A stretch of DNA of 64,000 bases. Origin: Haliotis rufescens. Lineage: Eukaryota. The DNA is taken from assembly GCF_023055435.1 (NCBI RefSeq), contig NW_025964383.1, positions 6,634,001-6,698,000 on the forward strand. The letters run 5' to 3'. Position numbers and translations under genes: made by a program. The notes beneath the pieces are model-generated. The model worked only from the letters and a program-made list of their open reading frames with translations, was not told the DNA's origin and did no database searches. This document shows, in pieces, positions 24,823-37,400 of the stretch. Position 1 is the first letter of the stretch, and each line of letters starts with the position of its first letter.

Positions 24823-26670
24823 GGGGGCATTGACAAGGAGGGCTGTCCTAGGGTCTAGTCACAGAACTGACCTTCAAGGAGGACATAGGACAATGCTCCT
24901 GGGGATCTTTGAAGACTATGTTGTCCTTTGTATGGACACAACTAGGCAGAGATTACAGTATATATGTAATAGACATTATATAACAGATCTGTTTTGCTCT
25001 TCTAGTTGCCATAATATGTATTGTCATGATCTGTGCTGCATTAGTGAAGAGTATATTGTCGAAGATGTCAAATGCAAGGAACAGCTGTGTGTGAACTTGA
25101 TTCATTTTATTGATGACATGACATGATTAAACATAAAACAAGAAGAAAGAATAAACAATTTAATAGGAATCTTTCATACAGCAAATGATGCTTCGTTCTA
25201 CTAAAAAACTGCTTCAAATTTGGTATTATTTATGAGGAATCCTTGTGTTGACCTCAAATACTACCAGAATATATTGTATGTCAAATGTGGGCAGGTAGAC
25301 ATTCCACACATAGTGTAATGTAGCCACACCAGCCACCACTCACCTCTACACCTGTAGAGGTAATGGATGATGTATGGTCGGTGGAAGTATTGGGTAATCA
25401 CCGTGTGTGATGGTTAGAGAAAATAGGGTAAACTACTTCATGTCATGTTAACCATGGATTTAGATGAATAATGTTTGTCTTGTTTATTGTTTTTCTTTCG
25501 TCATTATAAAAAAATGTCACCAAGCGACAGTTGCCAGTGTGTGTAAGATGGTAGTCAGTTGCAGGCGTTGTGTAAGCGGAGACATGAGAGATCTGTTTCA
25601 TAAACTCATTGTGGGGTTTGGATCTCTTGGGTCTGTTCCCCAAAGGGACCTTATTCGATCTTATCCTTCTTTCCAACTTCTAACATAGACCCACACCTGT
25701 AGCAGTGCTACGGTGGCTTATTGGACAGAACCCAGGTCATCTGGCAGCAGTTGGCCACACTGTTGATCTGCATACACATCCGTGACACACTTGCTGTATT
25801 CCCTCTGTTGATGTTCTGGTATGGAGCCTACTAATTATAGTTGTATATATTTGAAAAGTAATAAATGTATCATCACCCACATATCATCACCCATATTTGT
25901 CATCTCATTACTGTATTCATCCCTCCGAGGGTTGTACTGTATATGTCCCATGTTTTAGTTGCATGTATGTAGAAGACTGATAGGAGTAAGTATGAAGAAT
26001 ATATTAGATAGCAGAATCATGTCCAGAGACTAGTGTCACCAGATGCTAACATGGTGTTGGTGATGGTACTGAGACTGTTCTGTGACATCTGAACTGGAGG
26101 ATGAAGAGGACACCAACATCTTGTCCAATGTCAGCTGATCAATCTGCAAATGACTGAGATATTGTATGGTACACTCACTATATCTTATCTGTCTCTCTAT
26201 GTCTGTCACTACATCCTGTTGGAATAATGGGTTCGCCTTGCTTGTAGCACAATCCGATGAACATAGAGTACAGTGGACAGTTTGTGTACTCTTCATGTCA
26301 TCTACCACACTACTTGAAATTAGTGATACTCTTGTGAAGCCCTCATATGTCCTGCCTAGACTCAATTACTTACATGCAACCGTGAACCAATCGTAAAAAT
26401 ACAGGTAGCGGTAAACACCTTGAATTGTTAACGAGTCAATCATGCACTTTTTAGCTCCCACGTAAAATATAATTCCCACATGTGCATGTCAGCCAGCCAG
26501 AACACTGATTCAGTATTTTCAGAGGATAACCACAGCAATAAAGCCAAAGAAGGCACTGCATATGTGCAGTAGTTGTTTGTCCCACTCCAAAAAGTCACTC
26601 CAACAGGGATGAGTGAGCTATGTTTGGATTGACCTCTGCCCTGCCAACTTAATGCTGTCAATGGTGTCGG

Positions 26671-29600
26671 CTATGAAGGACGTGCTGTGAGCGTCCACAC
26701 CTGGGACGTCTCCCCTGAACAAGGTTGTATGGTGAGAGTCTTCTTGCCTGCCTGGAGACATAGTCCACTGATTTTTTCATGTAAATATCTGTCCTGAAAC
26801 AAGTCGAAGAAGATTATTTCAATCTGTGGCAATTGGAAACAAATATTAAAGGTTATTGACAAATGTGCTGTCACTTTTTCAATATTCGTTCTTGTGCTAG
26901 TTACACCGGAACACTGTCTGTGGCAAGTGTCTACCTGAGTGTATGTCCAGCTTGATCCCTGCCGAAGGTTTAGCCAGATATTTCCGTCCTTGACGTAAGT
27001 GTCGACTCTCTTGGAAGACATTGAGTTCAAATTTCACTGATAATTTCATTATTTTAATCTGTGGCAAAAAATGTAACGTAATTGACAAATGTGTTATCAC
27101 TCTTTCAATATTCGCTCGTGCTCGTTACATATAAAAGAGTGTGTTTGACAAGTGTCTACCTGAGTATATGTCCAGCTTGATCCCTGTCGAAGGTTTAGTG
27201 AGACATTACCGTCCTTGACGTATAGGTGTTGATGGTAGTTCCAGATCTGCCCATTGTCACGCATGCACCAAAACTGAAGGTAGAGACAGATGCAGAGGGT
27301 GTTGTTTACTTTGCTTTAAAGCAATATTCCAGTTATAAGACGGCAGCCTGTATGTGATTGAGTGTGGACCAGGAATCCAGTTATTGATGTTATGAGCAAC
27401 CATCCAGGGCTGTCGGGATGAGTTGACAAATGCCATCAATCAAGTCATGGAGCCGGTTCCCTGTTGGTTTCTAGGGACCAATCCTAACCGGGAATCCCTA
27501 AAGCTTCCGAATCTTACCACTAGCAATGGGGTGGTGCTGACACATTCGACCCCTGGTCACCACGGTTTACAGTATGAAAACAGTGTAAGAGTTTGGGCAG
27601 GACAGAACCACTTCGTGGGTTATATTTGTTAAGCTATAGTAAGAGTAACCTTGAACTAGGTCATGATAATATACTATTAAAAAAAAGTAGGGGATATTTC
27701 ATTTTGCGATCATACTTGTAACAAATGCAAATGAATACGAGACAAAGTAATATAGATCCTTACAGAGGAAACATTTCCAGTGAAATTCGGCCCCCAAACA
27801 CAATGGCAACCCCAGGATCTGCACGTGATGCTAGTGATGATCATGGGGGCTGAACACCAGATTTGCACGACTTTGAATTTGAAGGTTATACCCACTGTGG
27901 AAGGAAATTTGAAGGTGGAAACAGTTTAATTGTTTTGGAACTCAGTTACCAAACGGGTGACATGCGCCGACTTACACAAAATGAAAGGTTACGTGCCCTT
28001 GGCATGCTACAGGTTGGCACAACACAGACCGTTGTTGCACGGACGATGAACGTTTCACAGTCTGTCATAAGCAGATTATGGTCCAGATATCGTGCTACAC
28101 ATTCTGTTAATGATAGACGACGCTCGGGTCGACCAAGGGCGACAACTCATGCACAGGATCGATTTATCCGTACTTTAGCCTTGAGAAATCGTGTCATAAC
28201 GGCTAATCAGATTAGAGCTCGACTACTAGCAGACACTGGTGTGAGAGTGAGTGCCCAGACGATCAGAAATGGACTGCACAGAGGTCATTTACACGCGCGA
28301 CGTCCTCGCGTCATTCCATGTTTGAGAGATCATCACATAAGGGCAAGACGCCGTTTGTGTCGGGATCGTCAACACTGGGATAATCGACGTTGGAACAATG
28401 GAATGTTTTCAGATGAGTCGAGGTTCACTGTGGACTTCCTGGACAGGCGTAGGAGGGTGTGGCGTCGACGAAACGAACGTTTCCATGATGTTAACGTCAT
28501 TAGACATGATCAATTTGGGGATGGATCTGTAAAGGTGTGGGGAGGCATCATTGCTGCTGGAAGAACGGACTTACATGTTGTTGCCGGACGTGTCACAGGC
28601 CAGTACTACCGGGACAACATCCTGGCAGCCCATGTTGTGCCGTTTGCACGTCGTCATGGCCGCCGTTTCATCTTCCAGGATGACAATGCAAGATGTCACA
28701 GGGACAGGATTGTTACAGATTACCTCCAACAGCAATATATCACCACATTACCATGGCCAGCGCTGAGTCCGGACCTGTCGCCCGGCGAGCATGTCTGGGA
28801 CATGCTTGGACAGCAGTTACGTCAACGTCAACAACGTCCTACCACTATCCAAGAACTTGCTGCTGCGTTGCAACAGGAGTGGAATAACCTTGACAAAAAT
28901 GACTTGGGACGCCTCGTAAGGACTATGCCACGTCGTATCCGTGCCTGTCTAGCCAACAGAGGGGGGTTTACCCGTTATTGACTTTGCTTTCATGTCATGG
29001 CAACTTTGCTGTTTGACCCTGGGTTTGGTTTTGCCCTTTGTATGGAAAATCTGTGCTTCACCGGCAGTACCAAAGGTGTTGAATAAATTGACAAATGTTC
29101 CCTTAATGTCTTTTCGTCATTTGTTTCCTCTTTGGGTTCACAATTTCCGTGTCATAAATCTTGTAAATCCAATATCCAATATTTTTTTTAATAGTATACT
29201 TTACTTCCAGTTACACCCCGACTAAGTGTGTTCTGTAAAGGCATATGGTGCATAATGATCCTACCTGATTGTAACCCTTGCCCCCGCATGTGTACATATA
29301 CGGCAGCAGGGAGTGCCGCCCCATCGAGTCTATACAGTTATTGTAGGCAGCGTTCCGAATCTGAAAATGAAAACAACCTGGAATAACACAGCTTCCTCTT
29401 CAATGGTAAACAGCCATTATAGTAAGCATCCGGAGTTGGTCACGGTGTTTGATGGTAAATAGATTCGTTAATAAAAATAATATATTGCAAATGAACTCCC
29501 AAAGCTTGTTCATTTGTCCACCTCCCATTTTGTCCATCAGCATTTTCAAGCTTTAACCACGTCTGTGTTGTCCGACCGCCTGCAGAGCGGAATGAGACTT

Positions 29601-32600
29601 ACATTCACTGGCCAGCTACAGTGAGAATACAGATGGTGAACACTCATACCTCTCCTACAGTCAGACAGTCTGTGGGCACTGGTAGTTCCGGGAGCACGTT
29701 CTTCAAGTACCACTCAAAGTTATGGCAGTTTAGGCTCCGCCGCAATTCTTGTCTTTCCGAGATATCTCCAACAACAACCTAAAGCGAAATGATATGATGA
29801 CATAAGAAAAGCCCGAGTAACTTGAGCAGATTCTGGCCAACGGGATATGTACCCTTTCCCCAAATGTAACAGATGTAATCCAAGAATGTGTGATATACAC
29901 CTGTCTCTGACTTCACTATTTCTACCAATTACAACCTTCCCAATATTTCAACCTGTCACCAACCTTCTCAGTATTTCTACCAATCACCGACCTTCTCAGT
30001 ATTTCTACCTGTCTCCAGTCTTCTCAGTATTTCAACCTGTCACCAACTTTCTCAGTACTTCAACCTGTCACCAACCTTCTCAGTATTTCTACCTATCACC
30101 AACCTTCTCAGTATTTCAACCTGTCATCAGTCTTCTCAGTATTTCAATCTGTCACCAACCTTCTAAGTATTTCAACCTGTCACCAACCTTCTCAGTATTT
30201 CAACCTGTCACCAACCTTCTCAGTATTTCTACCTATCACCTACCTTCTCAGTATTTCAACCTGTCACCTACCTTCTCAGTATTTCAACCTGTCACCAACC
30301 TTCTCAGTATTTCTACCTGTCACCAACCTTCTCAGTATTTCAACCTGTCACCAACCTTCTCAGTATTTCAACCTGTCACCAACCTTCTCAGTATTTCTAC
30401 CTGTCACCAACCTTCTCAGTATTTCAACCTGTCACCTACCTTCTCAGTATTTCTACCTGTCACCAACCTTCTCAGTATTTCTACCTGTCACCAACCTTCT
30501 CAGTATTTCAACCTGTCACCAACCTTCTCAGTATTTCTACCTGTCACCTACCTTCTCAGTATTTCTACCTGTCACCAACCTTCTCAGTATTTCAACCTGT
30601 CACCAACCTTCTCAGTATTTCAACCTGTCACCAACCATCTCAGTATTTCTACCTGTCACCAACCTTCTCAGTATTTCAACCTGTCACCTACCTTCTCAGT
30701 ATTTCTACCTGTCACCAACCTTCTCAGTATTTCTACCTGTCACCAACCTTCTCAGTATTTCTACCTGTCACCAACCTTCTCAGTATTTCTACCTGTCACC
30801 AACCTTCTCAGTATTTCTACCTGTTACCTACCTTCTCAGTAATCTACCTGTCACCAACCTTCTAAGTATTTCTACCTATCACCACCCTTCTCAGTATTTC
30901 AACCTGTCACCAACCTTCTCAGCATTTCTACCTGTCACCAACCTTCTCAGTATTTCAACCTGTCACCAACTTTCTCAGTATTTCAACCTGTCACCTACCT
31001 TCTCAGTATTTCAACCTGTCATCAGTCTTCTCAGTATTTCAACCTGTCACCAACCTTCTCAGTATATCAACCTGTCACCTACCTTCTCAGTATTTCAACC
31101 TGTCACCAACCTTCTCAGTATTTCAACCTGTCACCAACCTTCTCAGTATTTCTACCTATCACCTACCTTCTCAGTATTTCAACCTGTCACCAACCTTCTC
31201 AGTATTTCAACCTGTCACCAACCTTCTCAGTATTTCTACCTGTCACCAACCTTCTCAGTATTTCTACCTATCACCAACCTTCTCAGTATTTCTACCTGTC
31301 ACCTACCTTCTCAGTATTTCAACCTGTCACCAACCTTCTCAGTATTTCTACCTATCACCTACCTTCTCAGTATTTCAACCTGTCACCTACCTTCTCAGTA
31401 TTTCTACCTATCACCTACCTTCTCAGTATTTCTACCTGTCACCAACCTTCTCAGTATTTCTACCTATCACCACCCTTCTCAGTATTTCAACCTGTCACCA
31501 ACCTTCTCAGCATTTCAACCTGTCACCAACCTTCTCAGTATTTCTACCTGTCACCAACTTTCTCAGTATTTCAACCTGTCAGCAACCTTCTCAGTATTTC
31601 AACCTGTCACCTACCTTCTCAGTATTTCAACCTGTCATCAGTCTTCTCAGTATTTCAACCTGTCACCAACCTTCTCAGTATATCAACCTGTCACCTACCT
31701 TCTCAGTATTTCAACCTGTCACCAACCTTCTCAGTATTTCAACCTGTCACCAACCTTCTCAGTATTTCTATTTTCTCAGCATTTTTACCAGTCACTTACC
31801 TTGTCAGATCCAGTAGTCTGATAGAAGAACTTCTTGTAGTCATCCATCCACACCTCGGCTACGCGAGCAGCGTTCCTCCTTACACTGCCGGGGGTGGGCC
31901 AGTGGATGGGGTTGTTGTGGTGGAAGATGTGACCGACATGTGAGCAGGGCAGCAGCTCCACGCTGCCGTTACACATCCACACCTGCACCACAGACAGAGA
32001 GCAAGAACATACATGACGCAATGGATGCAGCCTCTGGCTAACTTGTTGAAACATTTATTGTATGTGACACAGCTCTACTACAGAGTTATTGCCATCTATG
32101 TGATCTTGTGCACTGTGGTATTAAGGGTGATGTGAGCTCGTCTTTACAGTATGCATGCATACCAGAATTTACCACGTTGGACTAAAGTGATTTGAAATCA
32201 CACCTGCATGTATTTAGGTCAATATTTCTTTTAACCGTTACGCAAAACTGATGGGTACTCCTTAAGCCAAACCTTGAAAGACAGTTCGATGTTCTCCCCT
32301 CCCCAATAGTCAAGCCCTGGGTCGTAGGCTCCCAGCAGAGTGAAATAGGCCCGGGATATCGCGAACAACCCACCAGGCATTGTGGCGGATCTGAAAATAC
32401 ACACGGACACAAGTTTTGGTTGGAACCCTCTGAACATCCTGTAACAAAGACACATCGAACCATGTTAGTGACCGGTGCCGACTGTAGCCATGTTGACCTA
32501 CTTGATGGGTGCAGTTTGGGGACGGGCGGGTTTGCTGTGCAGTTCATGGATGCCTATCCATCTGAAGATGAGATTTGTCCAGGAGAATGTCCCAACGCTG

Positions 32601-35019
32601 AGGGGAACATGGGGTTTGACAGACAACGTGTCCGGCTTGATAGACTCTATTGTTGGATATGGGACGGCATGAGGGTTCTCAGCAATCCGGTCCAGCAGGG
32701 GTTCGAGCCAACCTTACAAGAGATACCAAACCATTCACGATTGTCATGTTATCTTGCATTATGGTATCTTTCCTTCATATGTAAATACAGAGACAGGTTA
32801 CAACAACCACTATGATGATGCAACAATCCGAGCCTACCTGGGAAACACTCGATGTGTGAGTCGAGGAAGACGAGGACGGAGGCGGTGGCGTGTTTGTAGC
32901 CAAATAGCCTTGCTCTTGTCAGCCCCTCACGCTGACCTGTCCGCAGTATCTTCACTATGCTCAGCCCAGACATGTACTTCTCCAGGGCTGCGCCAAGATG
33001 GTCTGGACAAATATGAAACACGGTTAATGTAAACCTGCGTCAAGCTATCTTGATCGGTTGCTCATAGTCGTTAATTCTTTCCACAAAGAGAAGTGTTGTC
33101 ATATGAAGTAATTGGAGTCCGCGGTCGACGAGGTCGCATGAGCCAAGGTGTGAGTGACAGTGGTAGGCGAGGTCGCGCATACCAAGGTGAGATAGGCAGT
33201 GGTAGACGAGGTTGTATGTACCTAGGTGTGAGTGACAGTGGTAGGCGAGGTCGCGCATACCAAGGTGAGATAGGCAGTGGTAGACGAGGTTGTATGTACC
33301 TAGGTGTGAGTGACAGTGGTAGGCGAGGTCGCGCATACCAAGGTGAGATAGGCAGTGGTAGACGAGGTTGTATGTACCTAGGTGTGAGTGACAGTGGTAG
33401 GCGAGGTCGCGCATACCAAGGTGAGATAGGCAGTGGTAGACGAGGTTGTATGTACCTAGGTGTGAGTGACAGTGGTAGGCGAGGTCGCGCATACCAAGGT
33501 GAGATAGGCAGTGGTAGACGAGGTTGTATGTACCTAGGTGTGAGTGACAGTGGTAGGCGAGGTCGCGCATACCAAGGTGAGATAGGCAGTGGTAGACGAG
33601 GTTGTATGTACCTAGGTGTGAGTGACAGTGGTAGGCGAGGTCGCGCATACCAAGGTGAGATAGGCAGTGGTAGACGAGGTTGTATGTACCTAGGTGTGAG
33701 TGACAGTGGTAGGCGAGGTCGCGCATACCAAGGTGAGATAGGCAGTGGTAGACGAGGTTGTATGTACCTAGGTGTGAGTGACAGTGGTAGGCGAGGTCGC
33801 GCATACCAAGGTGAGATAGGCAGTGGTAGACGAGGTTGTATGTACCTAGGTGTGAGTGACAGTGGTAGGCGAGGTCGCGCATACCAAGGTGAGATAGGCA
33901 GTGGTAGACGAGGTTGTATGTACCTAGGTGTGAGTGACAGTGGTAGGCGAGGTCGCGCATACCAAGGTGAGATAGGCAGTGGTAGACGAGGTTGTATGTA
34001 CCTAGGTGTGAGTGACAGTGGTAGGCGGTTTTGCTCATACCTATGTGTGCGTGGTTGGTGGTAGACGAGGTTTCACGTACCTAGGTCGGAGGCGTCGTCA
34101 ACGAGGATAATCTCCTGGAGGAGGTGTGGTGGCGAGCGGTTGATGATACTGTGCACAGAGCGCAATAGGGTAGACCATGCCTCGTTGTGGAAACACATGA
34201 TGACACTCGCCCTATGCCTGCTCTGATGACTCAATGACCGACATCTGCAACAGAGTATAAGCTATGGGCTGATTCACAGTGGAGGTCTTGTTTCAATATA
34301 TTCCCCACTGCTCATGAAACCGTGACACACGTCTTGGTTTCCTGGGTTCATGGAAACACAACCTGCAACACTTACTGTGGTGGACCTGGATCCGGAAGTC
34401 GGCGGGTCACGGAAACGATGTCACTTACAAACTGGTTGAAGCTGTTTTTCTTGAAGCCCTCATCAAACGTCTGCTTCGCTTCAGCAGAAAGGTGGCTTGG
34501 TAAGACAATCACTGGGCGCCCATACTCACCTAGAGAATACAGATTCTATCTGAGAACAGCCAGCGAAAGACAAAAAGGTAGTCGACACATGTGATGTATC
34601 CGAGCTTAGTTAACGTCAAAGGTGAAAAGATTCGTTATGGTTAATGATGAGCTACACGTCTGGTAAACGTTTGTCAATAACCATATCTGTTTCTGAAGAT
34701 TGAAGAATGTTTAACATTTCAAGGGACCCTATCTGTCTCAGATGTCAACAGCCAAAAAAACCATACCTCTTCCATAAGGGGGACTTTCAGCAACAAATGG
34801 AGGATACATGACGTCATCTGGATCATTAGACCACTTTCCCGTGTTCTTTAAGGGTTGATGCAGACCGCCAACACCCACCCCGTGAGGCCTTGTGACCGGG
34901 GACGCCGTCAAGTAGATAATCCCGAAACACAGACCACACACGAACATCATTGGTCTCACCAGTCGACGTGGCCGGGGGAAGCGCAGCAGCGACATGTCAA
35001 ATTTCCGTATCTTCATCAT
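26671..35019 (-). CDS. GALNT: Polypeptide N-acetylgalactosaminyltransferase (GT27), paralogue A, 11 exons, 569 aa
   Basis: Exons 35019-34767, 34529-34376, 34244-34081, 33002-32838, 32712-32502, 32390-32273, 31982-31800, 29778-29650, 29360-29265, 27273-27160, 26793-26671 (total 1710 nt, open). N-terminal [34 protein letters not shown] (DxH), [19 protein letters not shown], ricin-type lectin tail. Isoform number not assignable. Confidence 0.95.
27300..27567 (-). mobile_element. Decayed SINE fragment in GALNT-A intron 9 (paralogous copy at about 47060-47340)
   Basis: agcaatattccagttata is the reverse complement of the SINE 3' end seen at 8820-8840. Confidence 0.55.
27672..29196 (+). mobile_element. 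Tc1-family DNA transposon, 1525 bp, TA TSD
   Basis: Imperfect TIRs tactattaaaaaaaagtaggggatatt / aatatccaatattttttttaatagta; TA at 27670-71 and 29197-98. The empty site catgataaTActttac is visible in paralogue B at about 47771-47786. Confidence 0.95.
27962..28981 (+). CDS. Tc1 transposase, DD34E, 339 aa, uninterrupted
   Basis: Paired [33 protein letters not shown] with 34 residues between the second D and E. ATG at 27962 preferred over the TTG start of the ORF track. Confidence 0.93.
   Translation: MRRLTQNERLRALGMLQVGTTQTVVARTMNVSQSVISRLWSRYRATHSVNDRRRSGRPRATTHAQDRFIRTLALRNRVITANQIRARLLADTGVRVSAQTIRNGLHRGHLHARRPRVIPCLRDHHIRARRRLCRDRQHWDNRRWNNGMFSDESRFTVDFLDRRRRVWRRRNERFHDVNVIRHDQFGDGSVKVWGGIIAAGRTDLHVVAGRVTGQYYRDNILAAHVVPFARRHGRRFIFQDDNARCHRDRIVTDYLQQQYITTLPWPALSPDLSPGEHVWDMLGQQLRQRQQRPTTIQELAAALQQEWNNLDKNDLGRLVRTMPRRIRACLANRGGFTRY
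29915..31797. repeat. 28-bp minisatellite (~65 copies) in GALNT-A intron 7, abutting the donor
   Basis: Plus-strand unit caccaaccttctcagtatttc(a/t)acctgt. Confidence 0.97.
33120..34086. repeat. 78-bp (2 x 39) near-perfect array in GALNT-A intron 3, in register with the donor
   Basis: About 11 identical dimers; minus-strand subunits carry ACCTAG|GTAC and ACCTTG|GTAT. Confidence 0.97.
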
Positions 35020-36033
35020 TCAACAGCCGGATCAACAACCACACAAACTGGGAATGAAGACATAGATTACTAATAATAATTCATTTTAAAGTAAAAACGT
35101 TACACGCACAGACTAAAATCTTTATATGTGCATCTTGTGAAAGTTTCTTGCTACCACTCTTTTACCCCAAGATAATTGTATCTGGTCCTAAACGGAAATA
35201 ACTAAACAGTTTCAGTTCAAACTACGGCATTTGAACAGTGTGGCCATAGAGAGGAATAGGTTTTTTTTCAATTGAAAGCAGTTTAATATATCAGAAGAAT
35301 GAAGCTACATTGTCCAGATCTCTCGTCTAAGTCTTTCTTGCACACTAACTCACCACGTTGGTATATCAGAATGAAGCTACATAGTCCAGATCTCTCGTCT
35401 GACCCCTTCGTTGCACACTAACCTACCGCACTGTTGATCACCAGGAGTAGGCATTCTGTGGTCAGCTACCTCCGGTGTAATGTCCACTCACACAGGCGCG
35501 CCACTGGCCATAACACGTACATAAAACCACACTTATTTGACTGCAGTGTGTGTGTACTGCCCTCAAGTCTGATAAGAACTCTTAACGGAGGTGTTTCTGC
35601 ATGTGGTGTTAGTTTATAACAGTTTGTGTAAATGCAGACAAACAAAACGTGTCGTAACTCACGCCTTTATATACCTTTATAGGCCTACTATACCTTTACT
35701 AATGTTCAATTAAATATTTCATATATTATTTAATGCTGATAAAATGACGTAAGAGAGTGGCTGTGTTTGCCATCAATAATAAGACATTGCCTGACTCTGT
35801 GTGTGCTCTCTGTGCACAGTGTTCCGAACATCTCCGCATTCAATTTGAGAGTGTCATTCTTCAATGGGATTTCAAAGTTTTGGCCTGGTCGCTATTCGTC
35901 AATTTTCGCGTTGCTTGCATTTACGCTGTAAAACTACAAATCCGAAATGGCGGTCTCCACTATTCGTGACGTTTCGTGCTGCTTGAAATTTAGCCGTAAA
36001 AATACAAATCGTGGAACAAGTTCAAAAGTGGGA

Positions 36034-36268
36034 GTTGCTTCCCTTGGGCACGCCAGAAACCTATGATTGTGGGTTTGAATCCCGGTTCGCCCCGATTATG
36101 TTTCTAGGTTTGTCAGCACCATACCCGTGCTCGTGGATTTTACTGAAGTGGTAAACGCCTGAGACCTGTATCACGTCGGGCTTTCCTCCCACATTAAGCT
36201 GACACACCGTGATATAACTGGAATACTACTGTTAAAAGCGGCGTTAAACCAAATTCACTCACTCACTC
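36034..36268 (+). mobile_element. SINE (second family) with TSD caaaagtggga
   Basis: B-box-like gggtttgaatccc, ggctttcctcccac domain, shared 3' end and ctca tail. The empty site is at about 54452-54463 in the paralogous unit. Confidence 0.85.
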
Positions 36269-36304
36269 AAAAGTGGGAAACACCGTAATTAGGTAAAGCA
36301 TATT

Positions 36305-36677
36305 TTATATCTATATACGGACATCTCACCTGTACCAGCATGTGTGTGAGACAACGGTGATATGTTTATCATATGTAATGTCTATATACGGACATCTCAC
36401 CTGTACCAGCATGTGTGTGAGACAACGGTGATATGTTTATCGTATGTAATATCTATATACGGACATCTCACCTGTACCAGCATGTGTGTGAGACAACGGT
36501 GATATGTTTATCATATGTAATGTCTATATACGGACATCTCACCTGTACCAGCATGTGTGTGAGACAACGGTGATATGTTTATCGTATGTAATATCTATAT
36601 ACGGACATCTCACCTGTACCAGCATGTGTGTGAGACAACGGTGATATGTTTATCGTATGTAATGTCTATATACGGAC
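36305..36677. repeat. 71-bp tandem repeat, 5 copies
   Basis: Unit ctatatacggacatctcacctgtaccagcatgtgtgtgagacaacggtgatatgtttatc(a/g)tatgtaat(g/a)t. Confidence 0.95.
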
Positions 36678-37400
36678 AGACGGGGACCTGTCATGTGAAC
36701 GCGCACAAGGTGAATGTCTCTGTCACACTTAAGATCGTGCTTTACAAACTTCTGAATTACATCAGGGGGATCTTCTCCTGGCATTTCAGGGATTCCATGA
36801 AAGAGTAAATTGTCCCTCATTGTGCGTACCTTAAGGTCAAGCACAGCTTCTTTTATGTCTCTCTGGTCTACTTGAATAGAGTCAGTTTCGTAGTACATAT
36901 CCTCCATGTCTCTTGAGTGCCTGTCTCTTTCCTCACCACTATAGTTTTCAAAGTTTCTGAGGCGTTGTTTTAGGTTCTGTTTTCCTTTATAATCTCATCA
37001 CATGTTTCACTATTACTTCTGACACGTACATCAATTTTATCTACACGTTGAATCGTCCCTTTGATTGTCACTTCGAGTGTAGTGAGCTTATTGGCAATGC
37101 TAGTTAGTTTTGTGTCCAGCTTTCAACATGTTTTATCTGTTCCTGTACAGCGTGAACCATGCCCAAGTCCTAATCCAGCTAGTGTTGATGTTAGTAGGGT
37201 CTAAACAACTGACCTGGCCTTGTGATCCATGGGCTTGTGCTGGTTTCGTCTGTCCGGTGTTTGGTATATTTTGAAACGGATCCTGTCCATGCTAAGGTTG
37301 GGGTCACCGGGTGTAAAATCCTGTTGCATTGCATACTATTTCGGGGTGCTCAATTAACTGTTAAAGTTTTTTTGAGAGCGAGAGACAATACACACACGGG
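36678..37400 (-). mobile_element. LINE ORF1 remnant (coiled coil plus RRM-type start), 3'-truncated
   Basis: DLKVRTMRDNLLFHGIPE...IQKFVKHDLK...IHLVRVH is typical of non-LTR ORF1 proteins; the frame is broken upstream. Confidence 0.7.

Noticed and set aside
27863-27961. N-terminal extension of the Tc1 transposase
   Set aside because: The track starts at TTG; the ATG at 27962 gives the canonical ~340-aa length.
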